DNA of 64,000 bases, from assembly GCA_963835905.1 (NCBI GenBank), contig CAWIHG010000008.1, positions 258,384-322,383 on the forward strand, read 5' to 3'. Made by a program: the position numbers and the translations under genes. Position 1 is the stretch's first letter. Every line of letters begins with the position of its first letter. This DNA is from an uncultured delta proteobacterium. GTDB lineage: Bacteria; Desulfobacterota; Binatia; Binatales; Binataceae. The notes under the pieces are model-generated. The model saw only the letters and a list, made by a program, of their open reading frames with translations. It did not search any database and had not been told where the DNA came from. Positions 29,752 to 39,844 of this stretch are shown piece after piece.

Positions 29752-30998
29752 CGACGCCGTTTGACGGAAAAATCCGGGTGCTCGATCTCTCGATGGGATG
29801 GGCGGGGCCGCTTGCGTCCCAGATGCTCGCCGAGATGGGCGCCGAGGTAATCAAGGTCGAGGACACCCAGTACATCGACTGGTGGCGCGGGTCGCTCTCG
29901 ATGGGTCCGCCCGAGCTGCAGGTTCATGAGCGCGCCCCAACCTTCAACAGCGCAAATCGCGGCAAGCTCGGCGTGACGCTCGACCTCGCAAGCCCGCGCG
30001 GCATCGAGATCGTAAAGCGGCTCGTCGCGATCTCAGACGTGCTGGTCGAAAATTACAGCCCCGGCGTGATGGCGCGGTTCGGAGTCGATTGGCCGGTGCT
30101 GGAGCCGCTCAATGCACGGCTGGTGATGCTCTCGATGCCGTCGTTCGGGTACGGTGGCCCCGAAACCAACTCGCGCGGTTACGGCAACACGGTCGAGGCG
30201 ATGGCCGGCGTGACGACGCTCAACCGCTACCACGACTCCGAGCAGCCCTACACGCTCTCCAACGCGCTCGGCGATCCGGTCAGCGGAATCACCGGCGCCT
30301 TCGCGGTGCTCGCCGCACTGCACGAGCGCGAACGCACCGGGCGCGGCCAGTGGATCGAGCTTGCTCAGGTTGAGGCGGCAATCCCGCTGCTCGCCGGGCC
30401 GATTATCGACTCTCAGCTCACCGGTGCGCCACCGCGCGCGCGCGGCAATCGCCATCCGGAGCACGCTCCGCACGGTCTGTACCGATGCGCCGGCGATGAC
30501 GACTGGATCGCGATCTCCGCGGCCACCGACGAGCAATGGCGCGCGCTTGCCGCCGCCCTGGGCCGCGAAGATCTCACCCGCGATCCGCGTTTTGCCGATG
30601 CGCCCGGGCGCAAGGCCAACGAGGACGCGCTCGATGCGGAAATTACCCACGCGCTCGCGCAGACCTCGCAAGATGACGCCGTGACGAGACTTCGCGCCGC
30701 AGGGGTGTGCGCCGCGCCGGTCAATTCAGCGCCGGCGGTGCTCGGCGATCCGCAGCTTCAGGAGCGCGGGTATTTCGTCGCGATCGATCGCGCCGTCAGC
30801 GGCACGCACCTGTATCCGGGCGCAGTCGCGCGGATGTCGGGCACTCCGCTCAACGCCAGCGCGCCGGCTCCACTGCTCGGCGAGCACAACGCGCACGTGT
30901 TCGGGAATATTCTCGGGATGAGCGCGGCGGAAATTTCGGAGCTCGAAGAGGCGGGCGTGATCGGCACCAGCCCGCGCCAGTACCGGCAAGCGTCGTAG
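29748..30998 (+). CDS. Family III CoA-transferase (CaiB/BaiF), tandem paralog
   Basis: IRVLDLSMGWAGP...VIKVE signature; 4-bp overlap with the upstream gene. Confidence 0.85.
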   Translation: MTTPFDGKIRVLDLSMGWAGPLASQMLAEMGAEVIKVEDTQYIDWWRGSLSMGPPELQVHERAPTFNSANRGKLGVTLDLASPRGIEIVKRLVAISDVLVENYSPGVMARFGVDWPVLEPLNARLVMLSMPSFGYGGPETNSRGYGNTVEAMAGVTTLNRYHDSEQPYTLSNALGDPVSGITGAFAVLAALHERERTGRGQWIELAQVEAAIPLLAGPIIDSQLTGAPPRARGNRHPEHAPHGLYRCAGDDDWIAISAATDEQWRALAAALGREDLTRDPRFADAPGRKANEDALDAEITHALAQTSQDDAVTRLRAAGVCAAPVNSAPAVLGDPQLQERGYFVAIDRAVSGTHLYPGAVARMSGTPLNASAPAPLLGEHNAHVFGNILGMSAAEISELEEAGVIGTSPRQYRQAS

Positions 30999-31008
30999 CC
31001 GGGCGCAG

Positions 31009-31935
31009 TCAGGCCGGCACCGCTGCCAGCCCCAGCGGGGCGAGGAACGATTCCATCGCCGCGACGCACTTCTCGGGCTCCTCGATCTGCAGGAAGTGCG
31101 AGGTGCCGGGAATCGACTGGTACGGCAGCCCGTGCTCGCGCCCGAGCGCGCGCCCGATAAGCGCCGGTGGCATGACGTCGGGCGCGTCGGGATCGCCGCA
31201 CACCAGCTTCGCCGGCATCGGCAGCGAGCCCATCTTGCGCCACAGCTCGGGGTCGGCGTTGGTCGAAAAGACATTGGCTTCCAGCTCGCGCGGGCAGGCC
31301 AGGATCCATTGGCCCGAATGCGAATCGTGCCGCAGCGTCGCCTGCGCCATCAGCTCGTATGCCTCCGGACGCCATCTTTTGAAGCGCGCGCGGAACTGCG
31401 CGGCGAGGATCGACGGATCCGCATAGCGATCGGTGCGCCGACGCGCGCGCTCTGCCAGCGAATTCTTATCGCCCGCCTGATCGCGGCGCAGCGCGTGCCC
31501 TTCGGGCGGAAAGATCGGCGGGTCGAACAGCACCAGCGCCTCGAAACGCTTGCCGTGCCTGAGCGCGTGCATCGCGGCCGTCACGCCCGACAGCGAGTGA
31601 AACACGCCCGCCGTCGGACGGGGCCCCAGCTCGCGCTGGATCTCATGGAACACGATCTCCATGTCTTCGATGAAGCGCAGCCAACCATGCGCGTCCTCGC
31701 GATGAAACGGGTTGTGGCCGTGATTGCGGAAGTCGAACAGCACCACTTCGTAGCGCTCGCGCAGCGGTCCCCAGAACGGCAGGTAGCCGTCGATCGCAAG
31801 CCCGTTGCCATGACTCAGCACCAGCCGCGGCGCGCCGGGGAGGCCATGCTGGCGGACGCGGATGATTGCACCGTCGTCCATGCGGGCTTCGAAGCTGTGC
31901 CGCGCGCGGGGCACGGCGGAATGATGCTCGTTCAT
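31009..31935 (-). CDS. Alpha/beta-fold hydrolase
   Basis: HGNG oxyanion region and HSLSG nucleophile elbow. Confidence 0.7.
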   Translation of the reverse strand: MNEHHSAVPRARHSFEARMDDGAIIRVRQHGLPGAPRLVLSHGNGLAIDGYLPFWGPLRERYEVVLFDFRNHGHNPFHREDAHGWLRFIEDMEIVFHEIQRELGPRPTAGVFHSLSGVTAAMHALRHGKRFEALVLFDPPIFPPEGHALRRDQAGDKNSLAERARRRTDRYADPSILAAQFRARFKRWRPEAYELMAQATLRHDSHSGQWILACPRELEANVFSTNADPELWRKMGSLPMPAKLVCGDPDAPDVMPPALIGRALGREHGLPYQSIPGTSHFLQIEEPEKCVAAMESFLAPLGLAAVPA

Positions 31936-31948
31936 TGCGGATAGTCCT

Positions 31949-34456
31949 TCACAACATGCGTACCGGGTCGATATCGATTATCAGAAAAACCTGGTCGCGT
32001 TCAGCGCCCGGCCCGACCTCCGCGCGCATCGCGGCCAGCGCCGCGCGCATCGGCCTGAGCTCCTTCGACTTTATCATCACCTGCCATCGGTAGCGCTGCT
32101 TTAACCGTTCGATCGGCGCGGGTGCGGGTCCCAGCACGCGCAGCTTTTCCGGCGCGGCTGCGCGCCCGAGCGAGGCGGCTGCCGCGGCGGCCACGCGCGC
32201 GACCAGGCGCGGCTCCGCGCCTTCGATCCGCACCATCGCAAGGCGCGCGAACGGCGGATAGTCGAGCTCGCGCCGCAGCTCGAGCTCGCGGCGCATGAAG
32301 CGCGCGTAATCCTGATCGCGCGCGGCGCGGATACTGTAATGATGCGGCGCGTAGGTCTGGATAATCACGCGCCCCGGCCGCTCGCCGCGCCCCGCCCTGC
32401 CCGCCACCTGGGTCAGCAACTGAAACGTGCGCTCGGCGGAACGGAAGTCGGGCATGTTGAGGCCGAGATCCGCGAGCACCACCGCGGCCAGCGTAACGCC
32501 CGGGAAATCGAAACCCTTGGTGATCATCTGGGTGCCGACCAGGATATCGATCTCGCCTGCGCGCAGCGCCGCCAGGATTTGCGCGCGCGCGCCGCGCCGC
32601 CCGCTCGTGTCGCTGTCCATCCGCTCGATCCGCGCCTCGGGAAAATGCTCGCTTAACGCCTCGACCAGCCGCTCGGTGCCGAAGCCCTGCCCCTCCAACC
32701 CATAGCCGCGGCATTCCGGGCATACGTCGGGCGCGGCTGAGCGGCTGCCGCAGTAGTGGCATCGCAGCGATCGGTCGCGCAGATGGAACGTCATGCTCAC
32801 GCTGCAGTTGGGGCACGCGATCACGTTGCCGCACAGGCTGCATTGCAGAAAATTGTGGAAGCCGCGCCGGTTAAGAAACACCATCGCCTGCCCGTGCGCG
32901 GCGAGATTCGCCCGTATCGCATCGAGCAGCGCCGCCGACAGTGGCACCACATCCGCGCGCTTGTCCTCGCGCGCCGGTTTCGCGGCTGGCGCCGATGCGC
33001 CGTTGCGGTGGCCCTCCTCAACTTGAGCGGACGGCGCGCGCGCCTGGGCGCCGGCGCGGCGCAAATCGACGATCTCAACCTCCGCCATCGCGCGATCGCC
33101 CGCCCTGCGCGGCAGCCGCAGCATCCGGTAGCGCCCGCGCCGCGCATTGGCGAACGACTCGCCAGACGGCGTCGCCGAGCCGAGCACCACCGGGCAGGGC
33201 GCGAATCCGCCCATCGCGACGGCGAGATCGCGCGCGTGATAGCGGATGCCCTCATCGCTCTTGTAGGCGCCGTCGTGCTCCTCATCCACGACGATCAGGC
33301 CGGTGTCGTGAGTCGGCGCGAAGATCGCGGAGCGCGGACCGATCATGATCCGCGCCTCGCCTCCCAGCGCCGCCATCCAGCTCGCCCACCGTTCGGCCAC
33401 GTTCTGCGCGCTGTGCGCGATCGCGACCATCCGCCCGAACCGCGCGCGGAAAGAGCGCACCAGCTCGTCGGCGAGCGCAATTTCGGGAACCATCACCAGC
33501 ACCTGCCGGCCCGCTGCCAGCGCCCGCGCGGCGAGCGTGATATAAACCTCGGTCTTGCCGCTGCCGGTCACGCCCCACAGCAGGAACGTCTCGAAGCGGC
33601 GCGCGTCGATAGCCGGGGCGACCGCGTCGATCGCGATGCGCTGCTCGGCGCTCAGATCGAAATTCGGCGCGCTGATTTCGCTGACCTGCGCATGGGGCCG
33701 GTCTTCCGCCGCAACGACCTCGATCATCCCGCGCCGCTCGAGCGACTTGAGCACCGGTCGCGCACCGCGAATGCGCTCGGCGATCTCCTCCAGTGCGACT
33801 CCCGCCGCGCCGGCCTCGGTCACGATCGCAAGGACCTCACGCTGGCGCGGACCGCGCACCGTCGCGCTCGCCTCTGCGGCGCTCGCGCGAACCCGGGCGA
33901 GCAACTCCGCGGTCTCGCGATGGCGTCCGCGGCTTGCGTCGAAGCGCGCGACAATCCCCTCCTCCAGGAGCCTCGCGATTGCCGAACGCACCTCGGCGGG
34001 CGCGCCGAGCTTTTCCAGGCGGAGTACGGTCGCGGGGCGCCGGGCCACGGTCTCGATGATCCTGCGCTCTACCCTGCTCAAAGCCGCCTCGCGCAGCGGG
34101 TCGGGATGGCGCGCGAGCCGATAGCTCATCCGCGACTCCACGCGCGCCACCGACGGGATCACGCTGCGATACGCCTCGCCCAGCGTGCACATATAGTAGC
34201 TGGCCAGGAATTCGAGCAGGCGCAGGTGAGCGGCATCGAACAGCGGGCGCGCGTCCATCACCTCGCCCACCGGCTTGAGCGCGCCGGCAGAAAGGTTCTC
34301 GCCGGTCTCGAGCACCATCGCCGTGACCGTGCGCGAGCGCAGCGGGACCAGCACGCGATGACCCGGCGCGAGGCTGCTGGCAAGCGCGGGCGGGACGTCA
34401 TAGACAAGTTGATCGACGCCGCGCGCCGCTCCCACGATTACCACCTTGGCCTGCAT
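31949..34456 (-). CDS. priA: Primosomal protein N' (replication restart helicase)
   Basis: Walker A (GVTGSGKTEVY), DEEH box, and Cys4 zinc-binding region (CPNC...CHYC...CPEC). Confidence 0.9.
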   Translation of the reverse strand: MQAKVVIVGAARGVDQLVYDVPPALASSLAPGHRVLVPLRSRTVTAMVLETGENLSAGALKPVGEVMDARPLFDAAHLRLLEFLASYYMCTLGEAYRSVIPSVARVESRMSYRLARHPDPLREAALSRVERRIIETVARRPATVLRLEKLGAPAEVRSAIARLLEEGIVARFDASRGRHRETAELLARVRASAAEASATVRGPRQREVLAIVTEAGAAGVALEEIAERIRGARPVLKSLERRGMIEVVAAEDRPHAQVSEISAPNFDLSAEQRIAIDAVAPAIDARRFETFLLWGVTGSGKTEVYITLAARALAAGRQVLVMVPEIALADELVRSFRARFGRMVAIAHSAQNVAERWASWMAALGGEARIMIGPRSAIFAPTHDTGLIVVDEEHDGAYKSDEGIRYHARDLAVAMGGFAPCPVVLGSATPSGESFANARRGRYRMLRLPRRAGDRAMAEVEIVDLRRAGAQARAPSAQVEEGHRNGASAPAAKPAREDKRADVVPLSAALLDAIRANLAAHGQAMVFLNRRGFHNFLQCSLCGNVIACPNCSVSMTFHLRDRSLRCHYCGSRSAAPDVCPECRGYGLEGQGFGTERLVEALSEHFPEARIERMDSDTSGRRGARAQILAALRAGEIDILVGTQMITKGFDFPGVTLAAVVLADLGLNMPDFRSAERTFQLLTQVAGRAGRGERPGRVIIQTYAPHHYSIRAARDQDYARFMRRELELRRELDYPPFARLAMVRIEGAEPRLVARVAAAAAASLGRAAAPEKLRVLGPAPAPIERLKQRYRWQVMIKSKELRPMRAALAAMRAEVGPGAERDQVFLIIDIDPVRML

Positions 34457-34648
34457 TCGGATGCCCGCACTCGGACTTCCGCCGCCGGCCGCGCGCTCGC
34501 GTCGCGACGGGCCGGGGCGGCGAGTGCAATTTACTCCGCATGGGCCGCGGAGCAACGGCCTCGGCGCCCGGCTTCCACCGCCGCGCGGGGTCTGATTGAA
34601 TCGTGGTTTCCGGGCGGCCGGGTACCGCCCCGCGAACGGATACCGCAG

Positions 34649-35815
34649 ATGCTCCGCTTTCTAACCGCTGGTGAGTCGCACGGACCCGAACTCGTGGCCG
34701 TGGTCGAGGGCGTTCCGGCCGGTTTCGACATCGACCTTGCGGTAATCAATCACGACCTCGCGCGGCGCCAGAAGGGTTACGGACGCGGAGGCAGGATGCT
34801 GATCGAGAAGGACGAGGCGCGCCCGGTCTCCGGAATCCGCTTCGGCCGCACGATGGGCAGCCCAATCACCCTCATCGTCGTCAATCGTGACTTCAAGAAC
34901 TGGGAAAAGCGGATGTCGGCGGACCCGGCCGACCGCGGCGAGGCAAAGGTCGTCACCCGCCCGCGCCCCGGTCATGCGGACCTCGCCGGCGTGCTCAAGT
35001 ACAACCTCGAAGATATCCGCGACGTGCTCGAGCGCGCCTCGGCGCGCGAGACCACGGCGCGAGTCGCGATCGGCGGCCTGGTGCGCCAACTGCTGACCCC
35101 GTTCGGGATCGAAATTCTGGGCTACGTCGTCAGTATCGGCGCGACCCAGGTGCAGACGCCCGCTGACATGAGCCTGGAGGAGTTGCGCCGTGTGACTGAG
35201 GAGTCGCAGGTGCGCGTCGCCGATCCAGAAGCGGAGCGCGCGATAATCGCAGAGATCGATGCGTGCAAAAAAACCGGCGACACGCTGGGCGGCGTCGTCG
35301 AAGTCGTCGCGACCGGGCTTCCGGTCGGCCTAGGCTCGCACGTGCAGTGGGACCGCAAGCTTGACGGGCGGCTGGCGCACGCGCTGCTCAGCCTGCAGGC
35401 GGTCAAGGGCGTGGAGTTCGGGATGGGCTTCGAGTCGGCGCGGGTGCGCGGCTCGGCGCTTCACGACGAGATCGGCTACAACGCCGGTGAGCGCCACTTC
35501 ACGCGCCACTCGAACAACTCGGGCGGCACCGAGGGCGGCATGTCCACCGGCGAGCCGATGCGGGTGCGGGTGGCGTTCAAACCGCTCTCGACGCTGATGC
35601 GCCCGCTGCGCTCGGCCGATATCCGCAGCAAGGAAGAAGCGGTCGGAGCGATCGAGCGCTCGGATGTGTGCGCGATTCCGGCCGCGGCGGTGATCGCGGA
35701 GGCGGCGGTTGCTTTCGAGATCGCGGGCGCGTTTCTGGAAAAATTCGGCGGCGACTCGCGCACCGAAATTACCCGCAACTGGCGCGGCTACCTCGACCAG
35801 GTCCGCGATTTCTAG
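34649..35815 (+). CDS. aroC: Chorismate synthase
   Basis: MLRFLTAGESHGP and GRSSARETA-like signatures. Confidence 0.95.
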   Translation: MLRFLTAGESHGPELVAVVEGVPAGFDIDLAVINHDLARRQKGYGRGGRMLIEKDEARPVSGIRFGRTMGSPITLIVVNRDFKNWEKRMSADPADRGEAKVVTRPRPGHADLAGVLKYNLEDIRDVLERASARETTARVAIGGLVRQLLTPFGIEILGYVVSIGATQVQTPADMSLEELRRVTEESQVRVADPEAERAIIAEIDACKKTGDTLGGVVEVVATGLPVGLGSHVQWDRKLDGRLAHALLSLQAVKGVEFGMGFESARVRGSALHDEIGYNAGERHFTRHSNNSGGTEGGMSTGEPMRVRVAFKPLSTLMRPLRSADIRSKEEAVGAIERSDVCAIPAAAVIAEAAVAFEIAGAFLEKFGGDSRTEITRNWRGYLDQVRDF

Positions 35816-35834
35816 CCGGCCGGGGCGCGCCGCG

Positions 35835-36410
35835 ATGACGCCCAAACTGATCCTCACCGGTTTCATGGCCACCGGCAAAAGCGTGGTTGGCCCGCTGCTC
35901 GCGCGCCGGCTCGGATGGCGTTTCATCGACACCGACGCGATCATCGTCGCCCGGGAGCGCCGTCCGATCGAGGCGATTTTCAGCGAGGACGGCGAGCCGC
36001 GCTTCCGCGTGCTCGAACGTCAGGTGGTCGCCGCCATCGCCGCCGAGCGCCGGCGATGCCCTCAGTGCGGGGGCCCGCTTCCCGCCGTGGTCGCAACCGG
36101 CGGCGGCGTGATGGTGGATGAAGCGAACTGCGCCGCGCTGCGCCGCACCGGAGTGGTGATATGCTTGAGCGCGCGTCCCGAGGTGATCGCCGCGCGCGTT
36201 TCACGCTCGCGCGCCAGGCGCCCGAAGCTGATGGAGGGCGGCAAGCCGCTGGGCGAGCGCATTTCAGAGCTGATGGCCGAGCGCGCGGTCGCGTACACGC
36301 GCGCCCACGCGAGCGTGGACACCTCCGATCTACCCGTGGACGCGGTGGTCGAGCGCGTGCTCGAAGCGTTCGTCGCCGAGGCAAAACTGCGATGGAAACA
36401 TTCCGCGTAG
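35835..36410 (+). CDS. aroK: Shikimate kinase
   Basis: P-loop LTGFMATGKS; follows aroC directly. Confidence 0.85.
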   Translation: MTPKLILTGFMATGKSVVGPLLARRLGWRFIDTDAIIVARERRPIEAIFSEDGEPRFRVLERQVVAAIAAERRRCPQCGGPLPAVVATGGGVMVDEANCAALRRTGVVICLSARPEVIAARVSRSRARRPKLMEGGKPLGERISELMAERAVAYTRAHASVDTSDLPVDAVVERVLEAFVAEAKLRWKHSA

Positions 36411-37468
36411 AGCTGGGGCCGGCCTCGCATCCGGTCCACGTGGGAGCGGGAATTCTCGACGAGCTGGGCGCGCTCGCGCGGCGCGCGGGACTCGGCGCCG
36501 GGCGCGCCGCGATGATCACCGATTCCAACGTCGCGCGGCTATACGGCGAGCGCGCCGCGGCGGCGCTCGAGCGCGCGGGCTTCGCGCCGGTGACGATTGA
36601 GGTGCCGGCGGGAGAAGCGAGCAAGTCGCTCGCGATGCTCGAGAAGATCTACAACGGTCTCGCGGCCGCGGAGATCGATCGGGCCGGGGTGATCTTCGCG
36701 CTCGGAGGCGGCGTGGTCGGCGACCTCGCCGGATTCGCCGCGGCGACCTGGATGCGCGCAATCGCGCTGGTGCAGGTTCCGACCACGGTCGTCGCGCAGG
36801 TGGATTCCGCGCTGGGGGGAAAGACCGGTGTCAATCATCCCAGCGGCAAGAACCTGATCGGCGCGTTCCATCAGCCGCGCGCAATCGTCGCCGACGTAGC
36901 CTTGCTGGCAACGCTGCCCGAGCGCGAATTCCGCGAGGGCCTGGCCGAAGTGATCAAGTACGGCGCGATCATGGACGCCGCGATGGTGGGGGATCTGGAG
37001 GGCGCAATCGGCGCGATCCTGGCTCGCGACGCTTCGTCGCTGCAGATGATGGTTGCGCGCTCGCTGCGCCACAAGGCCGCGGTGGTCATCGCCGACGAAC
37101 GCGAAAGCGGTCTGCGCAAGACGCTCAACTTCGGTCACACCATCGGGCACGCGCTCGAGGCGAGCGCCGGCTACGGTAACTTTCTTCACGGCGAAGCGGT
37201 CGCGATCGGGATGGCGGCGGCAGCGGCTCTGTCGCAGGCGCGCGCCGGGCTGAGCGCGGACGAGGGTTCACGCCTGGTCCGGCTCATCGAGCGCGCGGGT
37301 CTCCCCTCCACGCTTCCGCCCGATGCGCGCAGCGCGGAGTTCGTGCGCGCGCTGCGCCTGGACAAGAAGCGCACCGCGGACGCGGTGGAATTCGTGCTGC
37401 TCGACAGGCTGGGACATGCCGTCACGCGCAAGCTGAGCTTCGAGGAGATTCTGGCCGCGGTCGGATGA
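36392..37468 (+). CDS. aroB: 3-dehydroquinate synthase
   Basis: GGGVVGDLAGFAAATWMRAI NAD-binding and metal-binding motifs; overlaps aroK by 19 nt. Confidence 0.9.
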   Translation: METFRVELGPASHPVHVGAGILDELGALARRAGLGAGRAAMITDSNVARLYGERAAAALERAGFAPVTIEVPAGEASKSLAMLEKIYNGLAAAEIDRAGVIFALGGGVVGDLAGFAAATWMRAIALVQVPTTVVAQVDSALGGKTGVNHPSGKNLIGAFHQPRAIVADVALLATLPEREFREGLAEVIKYGAIMDAAMVGDLEGAIGAILARDASSLQMMVARSLRHKAAVVIADERESGLRKTLNFGHTIGHALEASAGYGNFLHGEAVAIGMAAAAALSQARAGLSADEGSRLVRLIERAGLPSTLPPDARSAEFVRALRLDKKRTADAVEFVLLDRLGHAVTRKLSFEEILAAVG

Positions 37469-37995
37469 CCGGCGAATGACGCTGCGCGATGCCGAGCATT
37501 GCGTGCGCGGGCTATTCTTAAGCGTTCATCGCCGAACTCGCATCGCGTCGGGCGTGCAACGCCGACCTCTGGCGGTGAAGATCGAAATTCGCCGAAGCAA
37601 GCGACGCGGTGACCGCAAACCGATCCCGAATTCGTCTGGCCTGTGGAAAAGCCAGCAATAGGGGTCTTGCCATTCGATAGCAATTAGTAAGAAAATCCTA
37701 CGTAGTGAGACAGCAGTAACGACTGGCCGGCGGCCCTCACTTGAACAGCCTCAGATGCCGGCGGATTAGAAAATTGCGGGGAACAAGGCGGCACCGAATC
37801 CGGTGGACTTTACCGGCGGTGAAACAGTGGAGAAAATATATCAGCGGCTCTGGTCTTTTTTGCCGAATGAGTGTACACCGCCTGAAAAGCGTCAGTTTCG
37901 ACTCGGTTTAAGGTAAAGGCGCTGAAGACCTCCACATGCAACCGGATGACGGCTCAAGGCTTCAATTGGCAGAGATATCCGTGACGAGGTGAACC

Positions 37996-38229
37996 ATGGA
38001 TCGCATAGAGATACTGAACAGCAGGGTGCTGACGGTGCAGGAAGTCTCCAGCTACCTGCGTGTTCATCCTTCGACCATCTATCGGATGCTGAAGAAGAAC
38101 CAGCTTCCCGCATTCCGCGTCGGCAGCGACTGGCGCTTCACGGTCGAGGCGATTGACAAATGGCGTGAGCAGGCTGAGTCCGGCGCGCTGCTCGGAGCCG
38201 AGGTCATCGTTCCATCCGCCCACAAGTAG
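37996..38229 (+). CDS. Excisionase/Xis-type helix-turn-helix DNA-binding protein (HTH_17-like)
   Basis: LTVQEVSSYLRVHPSTIYRMLKKNQLPAFRVGSDWRF motif; sits after a ~0.5 kb lower-GC non-coding stretch. Confidence 0.7.
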   Translation: MDRIEILNSRVLTVQEVSSYLRVHPSTIYRMLKKNQLPAFRVGSDWRFTVEAIDKWREQAESGALLGAEVIVPSAHK

Positions 38230-38266
38230 CATCCGCAGGCTCGATCCGAGGAAGAGGACGCGCCGC

Positions 38267-39217
38267 TCAGCTGAAGTAGCGGCGCGGATTCTCCTCCAGC
38301 ATCGCACGGATCTTGTCTTCGCCGACGCCCGCCGCGCGCAGTGCGGGCACGATGTTCTTGAGCACGTGCGTCGGCTTCCAGTTTTCCACCAGCCGCGCGG
38401 TTTCGGGCGGCAGGCTGAGCCCGCGCCCGAGCCAGCAGGCGACCGTATCGTGCGACAGCACCAGCTGCTTTTCGTAGCCCACCCCGAGCAGTCCGATCAG
38501 CGCCGCCATCCGCAGCTTGTCCGGCTGCAGGAACTCCAGGCCGAAACGGTCGAAGCCCAGGATGCAGCCGCGGTCGAGCATGTCGGTGTGATAGCGCAGG
38601 TCCGAGGCGCCGCAGCTATGGCCGATCACCACGCGGGCGAGATCGACTCCCTCTGAGGCAAAGATGTCGAGCTGCTCGCGGCCCATCGTGCCGTCCTCGG
38701 TATGGGTCGTTATCGGCGCGCCGGTGCGCAGATGGGCGCGGGCAGCAGCGCGCAGGCAGTTCTGCTCATAGTCGGTGATCTGGCCCTTGCCGGTCGCGCA
38801 CTTTATTATGCCCGCCTTGATCCCGGTGTCGCCGATCCCTTTCGTTATCTCCGACGAATAGACCTCCGCGATCTCGTCCACGCTGCGCTGCTTGAAGTAC
38901 GGCGTGTTGCCGAGGTCTTCCTTGTAAAGCCCGGTGGCGCAGATGATCCGCATGCCCGAGGCGTCGGCGACCTCCGCCATGAAGCGCACGTCGCGCCCGA
39001 TATCCATCGGGCACGGATCGACGAACGTCCCCAGCCCGAGATCGCGCAGCTCCTTGAGCCGCTCGACGCAGTTGCGCATCGCCGCCTTGCGCTCGAAGCG
39101 CGGCGCGGCGCAATCCAGCTCCCATCCCGCCCATCCGATCATCAGATGCTCGTGCATCAGGGTGGTGCCGAGCTGTTCGGCCGTCGCGGTGCCGGTAACC
39201 GTGTTGATTGTCTTCAT
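38267..39217 (-). CDS. Phosphotriesterase-family (PTE/PHP) metal-dependent hydrolase
   Basis: GTTLMHEHL N-terminal HxH metal-binding motif and amidohydrolase TIM barrel. Confidence 0.85.
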   Translation of the reverse strand: MKTINTVTGTATAEQLGTTLMHEHLMIGWAGWELDCAAPRFERKAAMRNCVERLKELRDLGLGTFVDPCPMDIGRDVRFMAEVADASGMRIICATGLYKEDLGNTPYFKQRSVDEIAEVYSSEITKGIGDTGIKAGIIKCATGKGQITDYEQNCLRAAARAHLRTGAPITTHTEDGTMGREQLDIFASEGVDLARVVIGHSCGASDLRYHTDMLDRGCILGFDRFGLEFLQPDKLRMAALIGLLGVGYEKQLVLSHDTVACWLGRGLSLPPETARLVENWKPTHVLKNIVPALRAAGVGEDKIRAMLEENPRRYFS

Positions 39218-39307
39218 GGTGGCGCGCTCCCGGGCCCGCGCTTGGAGACGGGCCGCGAGCGTGAAATTAAACCCGCCGGGCGCGAAACGTCAAATCGCGC
39301 GGGGCGC

Positions 39308-39841
39308 TCAGGTCGATTCGCCGCCGCTGCCGAACAGCGAGGCGATCAGGATCAGCGCCACGCCGATCGTGATCGCGCTGTCGGCGACGTTGAAGATCGG
39401 ATAGCTCCATCCGTAGTAGTGGACGCGGATGAAGTCGATCACTTCGCCGCGGACGCCGCGATCGATCACGTTGCCCGCCGCGCCCGCGATTATCAGCGCG
39501 AATGCCACCGTGTTGAAGTCCACCCGCTCGCTGCGCGCGAGCAAAATCATCAGCACCACGATCGCGCCGAGATTCATCGCGACCAGGAAGGCGAGCCGGA
39601 ACCATGGCGGCAACCCGATGAACAGGCTGAACGCGGCGCCCGGATTGAGCATGTAGGTCAAGTCGAGGTAGTGCGGGACGAGCGGGATGCTCTGGTACAG
39701 GTCCATCCGCTCGCGCACCAGCATCTTGCTCAGTTGATCCAGCACGAGCACCGGAATCGTGATCAGGCACACCAGCCTCACCAGCGGCGATCTCGGCGCG
39801 GGCGTGGATGCGGACATCGCGGTGGCAGTCTCGGCGTTCAC
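39308..39841 (-). CDS. lspA: Lipoprotein signal peptidase II
   Basis: LspA TM topology with conserved NPGAAFS and FNVADS motifs; downstream of ileS. Confidence 0.9.
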   Translation of the reverse strand: MNAETATAMSASTPAPRSPLVRLVCLITIPVLVLDQLSKMLVRERMDLYQSIPLVPHYLDLTYMLNPGAAFSLFIGLPPWFRLAFLVAMNLGAIVVLMILLARSERVDFNTVAFALIIAGAAGNVIDRGVRGEVIDFIRVHYYGWSYPIFNVADSAITIGVALILIASLFGSGGEST

Positions 39842-39844
39842 GGC

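Noticed and set aside
32756-35815. 1019-aa plus-strand ORF
   Set aside because: Only the last 388 codons (34649-35815) form chorismate synthase. The upstream 630 codons are an open antisense frame across priA with no start context or motifs.
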